Shown here piece after piece: positions 1 to 12,538 of a stretch of 64,000 nucleotides of DNA; position 1 is the stretch's first letter, and each line of letters starts with the position of its first letter. Position numbers and translations under genes: made by a program. The notes under the pieces were generated by a model. The model ran no database searches. It was not told the origin of the DNA and saw only the letters and a program-made list of their open reading frames with translations. This DNA comes from Antedon mediterranea. Taxonomy: Eukaryota > Animalia > Echinodermata. The stretch is taken from NCBI RefSeq assembly GCF_964355755.1, contig NC_092672.1:15252001-15316000 (forward strand). The letters are read 5' to 3'.

Positions 1-960
1 TTTATTTTTTGACTTGAAGAAAGCGTTTGATACAGTCAACCATACTTACCAAATTAAGGAATTATGGCTTAAATGATATTGCACTTTACTGGTTTAAATC
101 ATATGTAAGTGGAAGATCTCAAGTTGTAAAAATTCAACAAAATCTGAATCCATGAATGTTAATATGGTGTCCCACAGGGATCAATACTGGGACCTTTATT
201 ATTTATTTCATATGTAAATGTGTGATGTATGTAGATGATACAACACTCTTATGTAATTCATCTGACCCTATAAGAATCAACTTAATATCAATAAACAAAA
301 TTATAGAATGGTTTGCCCATAATCAACTCACACTAAATCTTAATAAGACAATTCCTTATGATTTTCAGCACATATTTAAGAATATATCTTTACTTCATAA
401 CAACACACTATTGAAAGTGTTGATTCTTTTAAGTATTTAGGTGTCATTTTTGATCCTCAACTTAATTGGAGAAAACATATAGACAAAATGACTTGTAAAA
501 TAGCTAAACATATCAGTTTGAATCGTCGTATTAAGATGTATCTTCCTATGTATACTTTGAAAATGTCCTAATTATTCCATTATTTGTTACTGTGTTTGGT
601 CCAATTGTAACATAAATTTTGGAGATTCTCTTCAGGTTTTATTAAATAGATTAGGTAGAATATTGTTATCTGTAGACATGTATACCCCTATTAATGATAT
701 CTTAAATACTCTTGGTTGGAGTAGTCTTACAGAAAAATGGAATGAAAATATTCTTATAATGCTATTTATATGTTTAAAAGGAATCACTTCAACATATTTA
801 ACAATATTATTTCAATTTACTGTAGATAACCATAATAAATGCACTCGCTCTCAAGGTAATAATGATTTATATATTCCATTTTGCAATAACTCTCAAGGTA
901 AAAGGACTTTTGTCTATAGATCAACAAAACTATGGAATTCTATACCAAATAACAAAAATC
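1..960 (+). pseudogene. Decayed L2/CR1-group LINE ORF2 (RT and C-terminal part), cut by the window start
   Basis: Frameshifted RT motifs: FDLKKAFDTVNH at the start, GVPQGSILGP (~167-195), MYVDDTTL; C-terminal GKRTFVYRSTKLWNSIP. Confidence 0.85.
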
Positions 961-2396
961 AGAACTTCATAATATGTCTCTTGCAACGTTTAATCTTCAC
1001 TCTAGGAAACATATATGTATTAACCTTTTTACCTTTACAATTGTAAATAGTTTTATATTTCTTTTCTTTATTTTTTTTTCTTATTAATTTTAATATTTAA
1101 TTTTTAATTTTTTATGTTGTATATACTTCGGTTTGGGTTTAGTTTTTTTCTTCAGTTTCTACTGTATGATCACCATTTACAGAGGTTTCACAACATAAAT
1201 TGCTTTCTAAATCCAGGATATTATATATAAATACTCTGCGTATTTAAAAGAATGACATGCCATATAGGCCTACACATATCTATTTCTAGAACATATTGTA
1301 TGCACTTAATATATCATGATGCCGGTCCATTGGACGGGTACCTGCTAGTAATATGTAATAGTAAAGGTGATAGTTTACTGAACTAATTCATTTATTACAT
1401 TACATATATATTGTACTTGAAACCAGATGTTATTTTATATTAAAGGTATTGTTTACATTTTCGAAAATAATAGATAAAATTCTACATAATTATGTTTTTT
1501 CCCCACATATATATGGCATACTGCATTGGTTTAAAAGGATCCATATAACTACAAAAATAGGAATTTCTTACCGACAAAAATGTATACTTTTGTGCATTAT
1601 AAAACAAAAAACCCTGGCAAATTGCAACTCATTGCTTGTTCAATGTTCAAATAATTACCTTTTTTATTTTGACTAAATATACTGTATATGAGATTTTTTT
1701 GCCACACCAATGTGAGTAATTCTTTCGCCATAAATCTAAATTCATAAAGATAAGAATTGATAACATCTGAATGTGTGGACTGATCATAAATTTTAATCAT
1801 GTTCATGTCATCATAAGTATTACAAGCTTCTTGACTCGATTTAACACATGAAAAATATAAAGATAGATTGGGAAAATATTTAGTGCCATGAAGATTTTCT
1901 GATTTGTTAGTCATTGACTATGAATATAGTGTCAAAATGACAATAATTGACAGGCACATACAATTTAGTTTTTCAGTTCAGTCTTTAGAAATGTAAATAT
2001 ATTTTTTAAATATTCACAGAAAGATATTCAATGAGAGATAAAGAGATAATTTTAAAGGACAAAAATTCAGAAAATACCATTAATTGAGTAGATCATACAT
2101 TATCATTAGCCAGGTTTCAGGTGCAATTTAGATTGGGTTGAGATGAATAATGTCAAATAACAGTTTATTTGAAAAACAAATCTAAGTTTTTATTATAAAA
2201 ATTATATGATACTTGTAATGCTATTTTATGATAAGTTTTTATCTCAAATTAATTGAATAATAATTTGCAGCTTTATCTTTTAGATATATTACAGTTAAAA
2301 AGAAAACAAATTTGCTACCAGAAATGTGTCAAAGAACTAAAAAATAGCATAAACATATTTTGTTTAATTTCAATACATTGAGGTACCTCTCTGCCA

Positions 2397-3286
2397 TATT
2401 ATACAGATATTGCCTGCTTAGAGGTGAAATATAAGATTTGACATTCCCGAGGGAATGATATTATGTTCGAGGGAATATATATAATTCACCGAGAACATAA
2501 TATCATCCCGAAGGTATGTTAAATCTTATATTTTACCGATATAAAAGGCGATATCTGTTATATTACATAGCCAAGAACAAGTCTGCTGGGTCGGGTGAAG
2601 CTAGGCTAGGCCTCCTATTTGTATCGTATGTAAACAAGCTGCCCAGTATATAGACACCTTACCTTGCAAAGAATAATATACAGATAATTACTAATTAATG
2701 ATTCCTTGGCAATTAAATATTCACTAGCCTATGTCGTTTAAATAATCAATAAGCCTACATTAATAATAATAATATTATCAGGTAGGCCAAATAAATAATA
2801 ATAATTCGTCTTCTCTTTGAGCCGAATCACCGGATGTTCAGTGCGTCGCGCGCGTACCGGTTACTATTGTGAGAATAAACCAGTCACAAACGGTGTTTCA
2901 TCACATCTAGGGAGGACTAATAATAAATGAGGGCGCTGTGTATGCATAGTTTAAATAGTTTAGTTGAGTAATTTCTTCAAGCTAGTTCCGTGGCGCAGCG
3001 CATGTAGCGTTGTCTTGTGATGGAGTGACAATTTCATCGGGAGTTCAAGACCCAGTAGATGACTTTTGTTTATTTATCGGCAAACGCGAGTGTTGCCACA
3101 CGAAAATTACACAGTCAATATCATCGTACTCGATAATTTATATGATTAATGACAGGGACACGAAAATTACTCAGTCAATATCATCATTCTCGAGGATATA
3201 TACGATTTACGATCCTCGCAGCGGTAGTCATGTGATGCAGTTTTAACCAATCACGTTCACGTATTTACATAGGCTATGTAATATAA
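2397..3286 (+). mobile_element. Non-autonomous hairpin-ended element, family B (Crypton-like)
   Basis: Starts TATTATACAG. An imperfect ~160-bp hairpin is centred on CGAGG..CCGAG. The TTATATTACATAGCC that follows is inverted at the far end (GGCTATGTAATATAA). Inverted copy at ~12537-13437. Confidence 0.65.
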
Positions 3287-3319
3287 CAATATAATTATTC
3301 CTCCCCTGATATGTAGAAG

Positions 3320-3655
3320 ACCGCTATCATCATTCCCACACCATGTGGCAAAATCATTTATTGATTGTCTATAGTTTAATTCATTATAATCTTTAATAGA
3401 TCCAGTCATAACACTATCATCGGCATACTTAATTAAACAGCAGTCATCAAATTTAATTTTTAAAACAATACAGGAGAAAGGACGCATCAGATACAATGTT
3501 TCCAATAACAACCTTTTGAGGGCGATCTGATAACAAATTACTGATCCATAGGATGAGACTTTAGGGTTTACATTGAGAGCCCTCAGCTTATCTATGAGGA
3601 GATGTGTTTGTATACAGTTAAACGCCGAACTAAAATAAAAAAACATAGTTTGAAC
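3320..3655 (-). pseudogene. Rex1/Babar-like LINE RT fragment
   Basis: FSSAFNCIQTHLLIDKL and LIKYADD motifs in ORF 3257..3646. Confidence 0.7.
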
Positions 3656-3679
3656 ATACCTATTTAGTAAAAAGGTTCA

Positions 3680-3846
3680 TTTTTCTTTTGGATGATCCAA
3701 AGTCAAATAAAAATCGTAAAACTTACGTTTTTTACTCTAGCTGGTCAACGACGCAGCTTAATCATGAGTGAGTCTCTGTGACTTGGACTTGTTACCATTA
3801 GATCTCGTATTTGGTATAGCGCTTTTTGGATCATCCAAAAGAAAAA
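3680..3846. mobile_element. Small MITE-like element with ~22-bp inverted repeats
   Basis: TTTTCTTTTGGATGATCCAAA ... TTTGGATCATCCAAAAGAAAA. Confidence 0.5.
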
Positions 3847-4099
3847 TTACTTGAATACATAACTATTTTCTTTACTGATTTTATCCAAATTTGACTGTAC
3901 AAAATGGGTGAAGGTAATTAATGTGTCAGGGATGCCCATTCTGGGTTTATAAGCAAACTGGAACCCATCTAAATGGAATGCAGGCTACAAATCTTACGCA
4001 GAATACACTTAACTAAATGACTCAAGGAACTTCATCGGAATTGATGTAAGTGCGCAATGGGTCTCAAGTCGTTAGCTGTAACAGGCATGTTCTTTTTTG

Positions 4100-5551
4100 G
4101 CAGAGGTGTTATACTATTCTGCCTACGGTATCAAAGATTCTTGAAAAATCTGTAGCAATACAAGTTGAAAGGTATCTTTCCAAAAATAATATACTTTATG
4201 CCTATCAATCCGGTTTTCGGCAGGCCCATTCAACTGAAAGCAACCTCATAAATCTCATCGACGGTTTAAAAAACAATAAGTCCAAAGGCCTTCTTACTTG
4301 AATGGTTCTAATTGACCTACAAAAAGCTTTCGATACCGTCGATCATGTGATTTTAATTAACAAGCTAAAATGCATGGGTTTTAAGTGTACTGACTGGTTT
4401 CAATGTTATCTCGCTAACCGTACACAAGTTGTCAGTGTGAATGGTACCTGCTCTGAACCTCTTATAGTTACTCATGGTGTACCGCAAGGTAGCATCTTAG
4501 GCCCTATTCTTTTTTTATGTTATTTAAATGATATTGCTTCTTGTATTGATTCTGATGTTCAATTATTGCTATATGCTGATGATCACGATGCCACCAAAAT
4601 CGCTCATAAATTAAGTATTGTCCTAGCTAAGTGCCAGGAATGGTTAACTGAAAACAAATTATCTTTACATGTTAGCAAAACCGAAAGTATTATCTTTGGT
4701 AGCAGAGCGAAGCTTAACAAAGTTAAAGAGTTTTCTGTGGAATTAATGGGCCGTAGAATCAAAAGTACTAAGCAAGTTAAATATTTGGGTATTGATTTAG
4801 ACCAATATGTATCATGTGATATTATGGCAACTAGTGTTATCAGTAAAGTTAAGTCAAGGTTAAAGTTTTTACATAGGCAAAGTTCGTGCTTGAATAAAAA
4901 ATGTCGTAAACTATTAAGCACTGCTTTAATACAATGTACATTTGACTATTCTGCCTCAGCATGGTACGGCGGTGTCAATAAGAATCTTAAACATTAGTTA
5001 TAAACTGCCCAAAACAAGATGGCATGTTTTATTTTAAATGTTGTCGGAGCTTTCCGATCTTGGGTTTCTTAATGTCAGCCTCAGAAATAAGTTTTTAAGA
5101 TTAAATTATGTTCACAAAATTCACTATAATTTTAATACGCCAGCTTCTTTCCTTAAGGCTACTGGCGTTAATTATTCGACTTTTTATTTTTTAGGTATCC
5201 CTGACTGGAACAGGCTCCCCAATTCACTTAAATCAATACAAAATAATGAAACCTTCAAAATAAAACTTAAAGAATATTTTAATAATGAACAGCTTGGAAT
5301 ATCAGTTTAATTAAGTTATTTTTTTATATTATTGTTTTTTTATGTATATCTTGTTTTATATGTATTTTCTTGTTTTTCCATTTTTTACTAGGTCCAACCA
5401 CTCACTTTTTCAGTTAATACGGATTGGACCCCATTGGAAATAAGTAACTTTTTATTTGTCGACTTAATGGGTTATCCTGGTATTCTTTTTTGATATTTAC
5501 ATTGTATATTTTAACTATTTTTATGAATATCGAATAAAATCAATCAATCAA
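4100..5551 (+). pseudogene. 5'-truncated L2/CR1-group (Crack/Daphne-like) LINE with 3' UTR and (TCAA)n tail
   Basis: ILPTVSKILEK, YQSGFR, DLQKAFDTVDH, GVPQGSILGP, LYADD and KYLG motifs; in-frame stops; ends AATAAAATCAATCAATCAA. Confidence 0.9.
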
Positions 5552-5899
5552 TTAGACATTTTCTACAATCGTGGATGGTATGAGTATCCAGTGACCAGGT
5601 AAATAACTCGCTAAAAATATAACATTATTTGCACAATTTTTGATAGTTTGGCCGATAGACCATCTGGCCCTGTAGCTTTGTTGCTTTTAACCTTATTTAA
5701 ACAATTCCTAACATTACGTTCGTTAAGTGTAATAGGTCTAGCTTCAATATCATTTATTAAATGTAACATTTTCCTTTGTTTATTTCAGAGTACAGATTAT
5801 AATTGATTCCAACCAGCTAGGCTTCGGATCGCCGATAGCAGATCTAAGCCATAGTAGTTCCTTTTGCTCATATAGCGTAGGCGGCGGAGGACACCCAGA

Positions 5900-6830
5900 C
5901 CAGGACGATGTGTACCCATTACCAACAGTTCAGGAAGTTTTTGCTAAACTGAGTGCAGAAACTAGCCCGAATACAAAATACTCAAAAATTGCCATGAGAG
6001 AAGCATACTTCCAACTTGAGGTTGACATGGATGGTGTTCATTGTTTCCTGGAGGACACAATGATCACAGCAAAGAGAAAGATGCAAATAAAAAGAATTGA
6101 TACAGTGCTACAACGGTTGAGTGAAGTGGGTCTCACGGTTAAAAAGGAGAAATGTTCATGCTCTATGTAATATATTTGGGCCACAGGATAGATGCAAAGT
6201 TAGTGCTATCCTGGATGCTCTGATACCTAAGGACATCAGTCAGTTGAAGTCATTCCTTGGAATGATTCATTACTATGGGAAATTTTGCAAAGGGTTATCG
6301 CACACCCTAACACCACTGGAGGAACAACAAAAAGACCATAAATGGAAATGGTCATGACGTTGCAACGATGCTTTTGAGCAAAGTAAAGGATTAACTGCAT
6401 CAGTCAAGGTCCTCATGCACTTCGACCCAAAATTGCCTATTCGTTTAGCAACAGATGCATCAGCATACGGACTGGGAGCAGTTATTAGTCGCATGCTACC
6501 CAACAATAAGGAAAGATCCATTGCTTTCAGTTCTAGGACACTAAATAAAACGGAAAAAAACTATAGTCAATTGGTACGTAAATTCCATCCACCTTTGTGG
6601 TCGAACATTTAATCTACAAACTGATCACAAGCCTTCGATATCATTTTTTCATCCAGAAAAGCATTCCAAGCCTAAGTGCATCAAAATTACAGAGATGTGC
6701 CATTATATTGGCTGGTTTAAAATACAATATTGAATACAGAGGAACCAAGCAGCATGCAAATGCTGATGGCCTATCAAGGTTACCAATACCCGGACCAGTA
6801 GTTGAGGGAATTGATTCAGTATACTGAGGA
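5900..6830 (+). pseudogene. Degenerate Ty3/Gypsy pol fragment (RT-RNase H)
   Basis: YPLP, QLKSFLGMIHYYGKF, LATDASAYGLGAV, SRTLNKTEKNYSQ and HANADGLSRLP across frameshifted ORFs. Confidence 0.9.
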
Positions 6831-7169
6831 AAACTAGGAAAATCATATGCTGTGTGATATTATACAAATAATGAATGTTTATGAGTGTAATGGTACAAAT
6901 AAAGGTATGAGGTAAATGACTGAAAAAATGACAATGCTGTGGGTATCAGAGGCTGGATCTTAATGGAGATTGAAAAAAAAGCGAAAAGCTAAATCAAACC
7001 GATAAAGTAAAACAGCCAGAAAAGTTATATATATATATATATAAATCCAAAGGAAAATTACTGAAAAAATGACAATGCTGTGGGTATCAGTGGCTGGATC
7101 TCATTGGAGATACAAAAAAAAAGCGAAAAGCTAAATCAAAACGATAAAGTAAAACAGCCAGAAAAGTTA

Positions 7170-7206
7170 GCAGAGCTTTCAGGCAACACTAGCCCTTCAT
7201 CAGTGC
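7170..7206 (-). ncRNA. Minimal type I hammerhead ribozyme motif (Penelope-type)
   Basis: Minus strand reads GCA-CTGATGA-AGGGC TAGTGTT GCCT-GAAA-GCTC-TGC: both core boxes, stem II, a palindromic AGCT in place of stem III, and a 3-bp stem I. Confidence 0.7.
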
Positions 7207-7340
7207 AAGTGATATATATATATATATATATCGTATCAAATTAATTAATTAATACAACTGAGGACTAGTGCCGTTCCGCCGTACCACGCCGAGAATGTTA
7301 AAGAGTCGCTATCCAATCGAGTTTGAACAATACCATGAAA

Positions 7341-7412
7341 GCCCCAGTGGTCTAATGGTTAGGACATCTGCATATCAAGCAGGCGGTCCGAGTTCGAGTC
7401 TCGGTTGGGGCG
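7341..7412 (+). tRNA. tRNA-like cloverleaf, anticodon ATC (nominal Asp), inside a repeat; probably not a translational tRNA
   Basis: Acceptor GCCCCAG/TTGGGGC, D arm GTCT/GGAC, anticodon arm TCTGC-ATATCAA-GCAGG, T arm CCGAG-TTCGAGT-CTCGG, discriminator G, followed by a TTTTT run. Confidence 0.8.
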
Positions 7413-7706
7413 ACTTTTTCTCATTCTCACAGATTTTCTCATCTTTATCGTTTCAAATTAATTAATTAAATTTCAGTATATCACCGGGTGGTTTAGAATT
7501 AATGTTCTTTGCCTGATGTGTTTATATATATATAAAAGTATCTCTTCGGAGATCCCGCCTCGTGAATAAAAATACTGAAAGATGAGGGCGTATCAATTTG
7601 ATGTCTGGTGCGCGTGCGTACAACTGAGGACTAGTGCCGTTCCGCCGTACCACGCCGAGAATGTTAAAGAGTTGCTATCCAATCGAGTTTGAACAATACC
7701 ATGAAA

Positions 7707-7778
7707 GCCCCAGTGGTCTAATGGTTAGGACATCTGCATATCAAGCAGGCGGTCCGAGTTTGAGTCTCGGTTGGGGCG
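7707..7778 (+). pseudogene. Second copy of the tRNA-like cloverleaf with a mutated T loop
   Basis: Same as 7341-7412 except the T loop reads TTTGAGT; offset 366 bp. Confidence 0.75.
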
Positions 7779-8044
7779 ACTTTTTCTCATTCTCACAGAT
7801 TTCCTCATCTTTATTGTTTCAAATTAATTAATTAAATTTCAGTATATCACAGGGCGGTTTAGAATTAATGTTCTTTGCCTGATGTGTTTATATAAATCAA
7901 TATATACGTTAAGTCTGGAAAAGAAGTAAAAACTACAGTTTGGTCTCTATATATATATATATATATATAAACATCACAGGCACAGAATATTTAATTAATT
8001 AATTTGATGATAAGATGAGGAAATCTGTGAGAATATATATATAT

Positions 8045-8080
8045 GCACTGATGAAGGGCTAGTGTTGCCCGAAAGCTCTG
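8045..8080 (+). ncRNA. Minimal hammerhead motif, inverted paralogue of 7170-7206, stem I truncated
   Basis: GCA-CTGATGA-AGGGC TAGTGTT GCCC-GAAA-GCTC-TG. Confidence 0.6.
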
Positions 8081-8088
8081 AACCTGAG

Positions 8089-8133
8089 CTGCACTGACGA
8101 GATCTAATAAGATCGAAACAGTACTGTCTGCAG
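8089..8133 (+). ncRNA. Type I hammerhead ribozyme with palindromic stem III
   Basis: CTGCA-CTGACGA-GATCT AATA AGATC-GAAA-C AGTACT G-TC-TGCAG: 5-bp stem I, 5-bp stem II, complete core, GUC cleavage triplet ending at 8128. Confidence 0.88.
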
Positions 8134-9769
8134 ATTGGATATATATATATATATATAAATCCAAAGGCAAATTAATGAAAAAAAAATGACAATGCTGTGG
8201 GTAGCATATATATATTCTCACAGATTTCTTCATCTTATCTATATATATTCTTCAGGTCTACTTGCCCACTCTCATTACTGGCTATTAGCAGAAGATGTAT
8301 AGACTGTTGTGGGAATTTTTATTTAAATGCGTCTCATTGCCTGAAGAGATGCAATCATGATGACTTAGATATTCAGGGATTCTTTCAAGTCTGTATTCAT
8401 ATACTATTTCTAAACATGTTTAGTGCATTATAATCAAATCATAAATTGTGCAAATCATACTGTAATAGGAGCATGTGTAAAGTGATTAAATTGCAGAATA
8501 CTCGTAAGAGCAAGGCAACAGAATGGAACTAAATTGATTTTTCGTGTTGGCCATTGAAATTGCTTTGAATTACTCACCGATTAAGCATAGCTTGTGCTAT
8601 AAGGTCTTTACAGTCCATGATTTTTTAAAAGGAATAGTGTCGCTGTTCATTCAAATGATATCAATTGGTAGATCATATTGTAAGATCTAATTACATATTA
8701 TGGATGCCAAATTTGTGAGCACAACTGACAAATTGAGACCAATTCCATTCATTCAATTGTCAATTGCACTCGCTTGTTGAATTACCAGCTTTGTTTTGCT
8801 TTAATTGCAACTCATAAATGTAAATTGTTGAATATAATTAAACAACTTAATTATACTCCGAAAAGATATAGTAATGTTCTTTTAAGAACAATTTGTTTAG
8901 GCTTACTAATTTGTCATGAGTAACACAACAAATATGTGTGTGTTATTGTTTTTCTAATTTAACTAACTTTATTTCTCTGCTTTTTAAAATTGATTTACAA
9001 TACTCTGTTTTATAATGTACAATGAAAACACCTTTCTAGTGAACAAGTTTTTTCAATTCGGCAAAAATACATATTTTATTACGGTATTTAAATCTTATTC
9101 AGTTCACAACTAACAGCGATGAAACCGTGTGTATTTTATATACTGGTACCGTATTGTATTTTTTTGTGTAAAACAAACTCACATATAGAGATATGTTCCA
9201 TAGAACATAAATCCAGTCATATGAATCGCGTGACCTTTGGCTCTACACTTTCAACACAAGAGTTTCAGCTCGATCGGAGCAATTGAAATAAATTTATTTT
9301 ACCTTTGACATCACACGACCTTAGGTGGTGCACTCCTTGATATCAGATAAGCCTTTTTCACGAAACTGTGCAGGGAAGCGTAACCAACAGGAACAACATA
9401 ACGTTTTCAGGGGATTTCAGGACACCATGTTAATTTCAAAATCGTAACTCTTAACGGAGGATATCGGATTCATACGCGCCCTATCCTCAAGATGGTTTTC
9501 ACCAAGTTTTTGCTTGATCAGAGCAATTTTAAAAATTTGACCTTGATCTTGACGACCTAACTAGTTTTTTTTTTAAAACAGAGTTGAACCTACCCACCAA
9601 GTTAAAAGACCCCTAGTATCTGAATAAACCCTGGATTTCCAAAAAAAATTTCCCCAGGTACAAAACATCCAATTTAGCCCCCTTCCAGACCTTCAATCAT
9701 AAACTCATGACCAAGATAAGGATGGGGTAATAAGAAAGTGGGATGGTGAGGGGTTTATTTTGATGAATT

Positions 9770-10412
9770 ATTATCCTTCAACAAACATATAAGTCATTTT
9801 ACAAAAACTACTAATTTCCATCTACGTAACATTGCTTGCATTCGAAAGTATCTGTCAAAGCGTACTGCCTCTACATTATTAAATGCCTGTCACTTCTCGC
9901 CTTGATTTTTTTTGCCCTACCGAAATCTTCAATGAATCGACTTCAACATCTCCAGAACACTGCTGCACGCATTCTAACTCTTACTAGAAGATCCTCACTC
10001 ATATCTCCTATTTTATATAACCTCCATTGGCTACCTATTGACTCCCGTATAAAATATAAGATCCTTTTACTAACATTTAAAGCGCTACTTCTTAAACAAC
10101 CTACTTATATCCTTGATCTTCTTCCCACCTACACCCCTCTTGCTTGTCTTCGTTCGGCTGATCAAAACCTATTACTTGTTCCTAGAATTAACACCAAATC
10201 TTATGGACAAAGGTCTTTTATGTTCTCTGCTGCTTCTCTTTGGAATTCTCTCCCTCTTCATTTTACTCATTCAACTTCTATTGCTATTTTTTTTTAAGAA
10301 CTTAAAACGCATCTTTTTAACATCCAATATAAGCGCCTTTGATTTTTACTTCGGTTTAGTTGATTCTGGCGCTATACAAATACGTAAATTATTATTATTA
10401 TTATTATTATTA
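9770..10412 (+). pseudogene. 3' end of an L2-type LINE with (TTA)n tail
   Basis: RLQHLQNTAARIL, LHWLPIDSRIKYKILLL and YGQRSFMFSAASLWNSLP; ends GCGCTATACAAAT followed by (TTA)n. Confidence 0.88.
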
Positions 10413-12016
10413 TCATTTTACGATCAAAAAATTATGCAAGGCATCATTTTATCATTTCTCAAAAGTGCAATTGTCGAATGATCATGGCTAAAAAATGATC
10501 ATTTTCGGCAAAGGTTTTAGGCCCTATATTTAAAAAATATTAAATCATTATCCTTAGTATAGTCTCTCTAAAAAGAAAGTCTGGGGAAAAAAGCCGAATC
10601 ATCCAATGGCCGAATAATGCGGACCGAGCGAATCATCCCAGGCCGAATCATCTCGTTACCTGCTAAATAGGGCTTTTCCATCCAGGTTTGGAGGGACACC
10701 CTCAAAATGACAATCAAGGATGCACTGAGTTATTTGATGTTGTTCGCTATAGCAATTGTTTATCGGAAGACATAATTATTTCTATAAATAAAAACATGAT
10801 GTGTTAGCTATTATAAAATATAAATAATTGATTTATAATTTATAATATTATAACTTAGTATAGCATGTAAATATATGCCTCACACTTTTTTAAATTGTAA
10901 ACTCATTGTAAAATGTCATTGTTTAAATTTTACTTAAAAAGTTTCTCTTTCGGAATTAATTCCCAGGGTGTTAATTTTAGTTGACTGAAAATCACTGTGT
11001 TTATTTATATTATTATTATAATGTCCTGCATTTGAAAATCACCAGTTTTTCGCGCCATGCCTCTAGGCAGCTATATTTCCAGAGGACATAATCAGATAAG
11101 AAGATTTACTAACACAAAAGCTATATCTACTGACATTATTGGAATTTTGTAAACTTGACTAATATAGGTCCAAGCTGCTGGACCCAAAAAACGTCTGGGA
11201 AAAGAGAGTTTATGAGGGCTCACGGTTGAACAATTTTGGATTCTCGCCCTTTGATTGGTTGATGCAAATCAACACACTGCTGCGAAAGAATTTTGTGTGT
11301 GCCGTGAAGTCATGTTGGCTCTGAAGACTGCATGTCCAACACACGTCGGGAAAATAATGTATTGAAATTCTTTGAATCAGGTTGAATAAACACTCTTTTT
11401 ATTTAATATCATATTTGATTGAATTTACAATGTTGATATACAAAATATATTACTAAAAACCTAAATCAGTTCATACAATTGTCTACTGAGGGCACAATTT
11501 ATTTACTTAGTTCGATTATTTTTGCCGATGTTTTGGACCCTACAGTATATTTTGAAAACTACAAGTCAGATTTTCATAATTCTTTCTTTATTTTAATATA
11601 GATACAAAATATTACCAGGCAATGTGTGCTATTAACTTTTAATGTTGCATCATTATCCCTATGTAGTAGGCCTATATAGACTAGTATGTGGGCCGGGTCA
11701 TTAGGGAGTAATTAATGCTGAACCCTGGAATATGTACATATCACAAACTATAGTTTATGATTATGTGTTTGTTCTGTACAGTTGGCCAGACTATATATAC
11801 ACAAAATGTTTACTACTTGTGAAACCAAAATAATTGAAGAAATAACAATGCTTAAAACTGCATTTTTGTAAAAAATATTTCCTTCCTTTTTTAAATTACA
11901 GTGTATTGAGAACCATCTGTGTGCACGGTCTAGATGGTACGCGAGCAAAGCGAAGTTTATTCAATTCCGTAATTTTTTTTTTTTTTAAATGTTCGCTTGA
12001 ATACTGTGTTATTTTA

Positions 12017-12538
12017 TTTTATATAACACCTAAATAAATTCCTGTCATTTGATTGGACGATTGTGGGTCACATGGCGTGCAATAGTAGGCACTATTAAAC
12101 GATCGTTTAATAGTACTTTTTAAACATTTTTGTGTACGGAAAAAAAACGTTTCGCGGATGAAAAGAAATTCTGGTGTACTAGGCGTTTTAGCCTTGTCAG
12201 GCCTAGCATTGTTTGGTCGTTTGTTGACATAATTAACACTAAAGTAGGTGTGTTTATAAATCCATATACATATAACATTTAATATAATAATATTAAAGAC
12301 CAAATGTTACTGTTTTAATCAATGTGAATGAAATGTAGGCCTCTTGTTGACTAGGGCTACCTTAAGTTTTATTTGATTCAAATGACAGGAATCTATTTAG
12401 ATGTTATATAAAAAAAATTATTAATGTTTTATATTCGTGGCAACGAGGCAATGCCGAGTTGATATTTAACCTTTCATCATTCACCAAATGCCATTATTTG
12501 TACTATTACACTCATAAACATTCATTATTTGTATAATA
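12017..12538 (-). mobile_element. Hairpin-ended element family A (Crypton-like), one hairpin arm largely deleted
   Basis: Reverse complement of the 40808-41984 element, with shared ends TATTATACAAATAATGAATG and TTTAGGTGTTATATAAAA. Confidence 0.7.

Larger units (their letters stand above)
6920..8245. repeat. Cluster of truncated Penelope-like/retrozyme-like repeat fragments in both orientations, separated by (TA)n tracts
   Basis: GACAATGCTGTGGGTA recurs at ~6930, ~7071 and ~8188; ATTCTCACAGATTT recurs at ~7422, ~7789, ~8214 and inverted at ~8020. Several (TA)n runs and hammerhead motifs are present. Confidence 0.7.

Noticed and set aside
1597-1914. Possible host exon (also 8256-8390 and 11169-11325)
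   Set aside because: No recognisable domain or convincing splice-site pair; cannot be supported without RNA or homology data.
7268-7831. Duplicated 65-aa ORFs
   Set aside because: They overlap the tRNA-like repeat, start at GTG and show no protein features.
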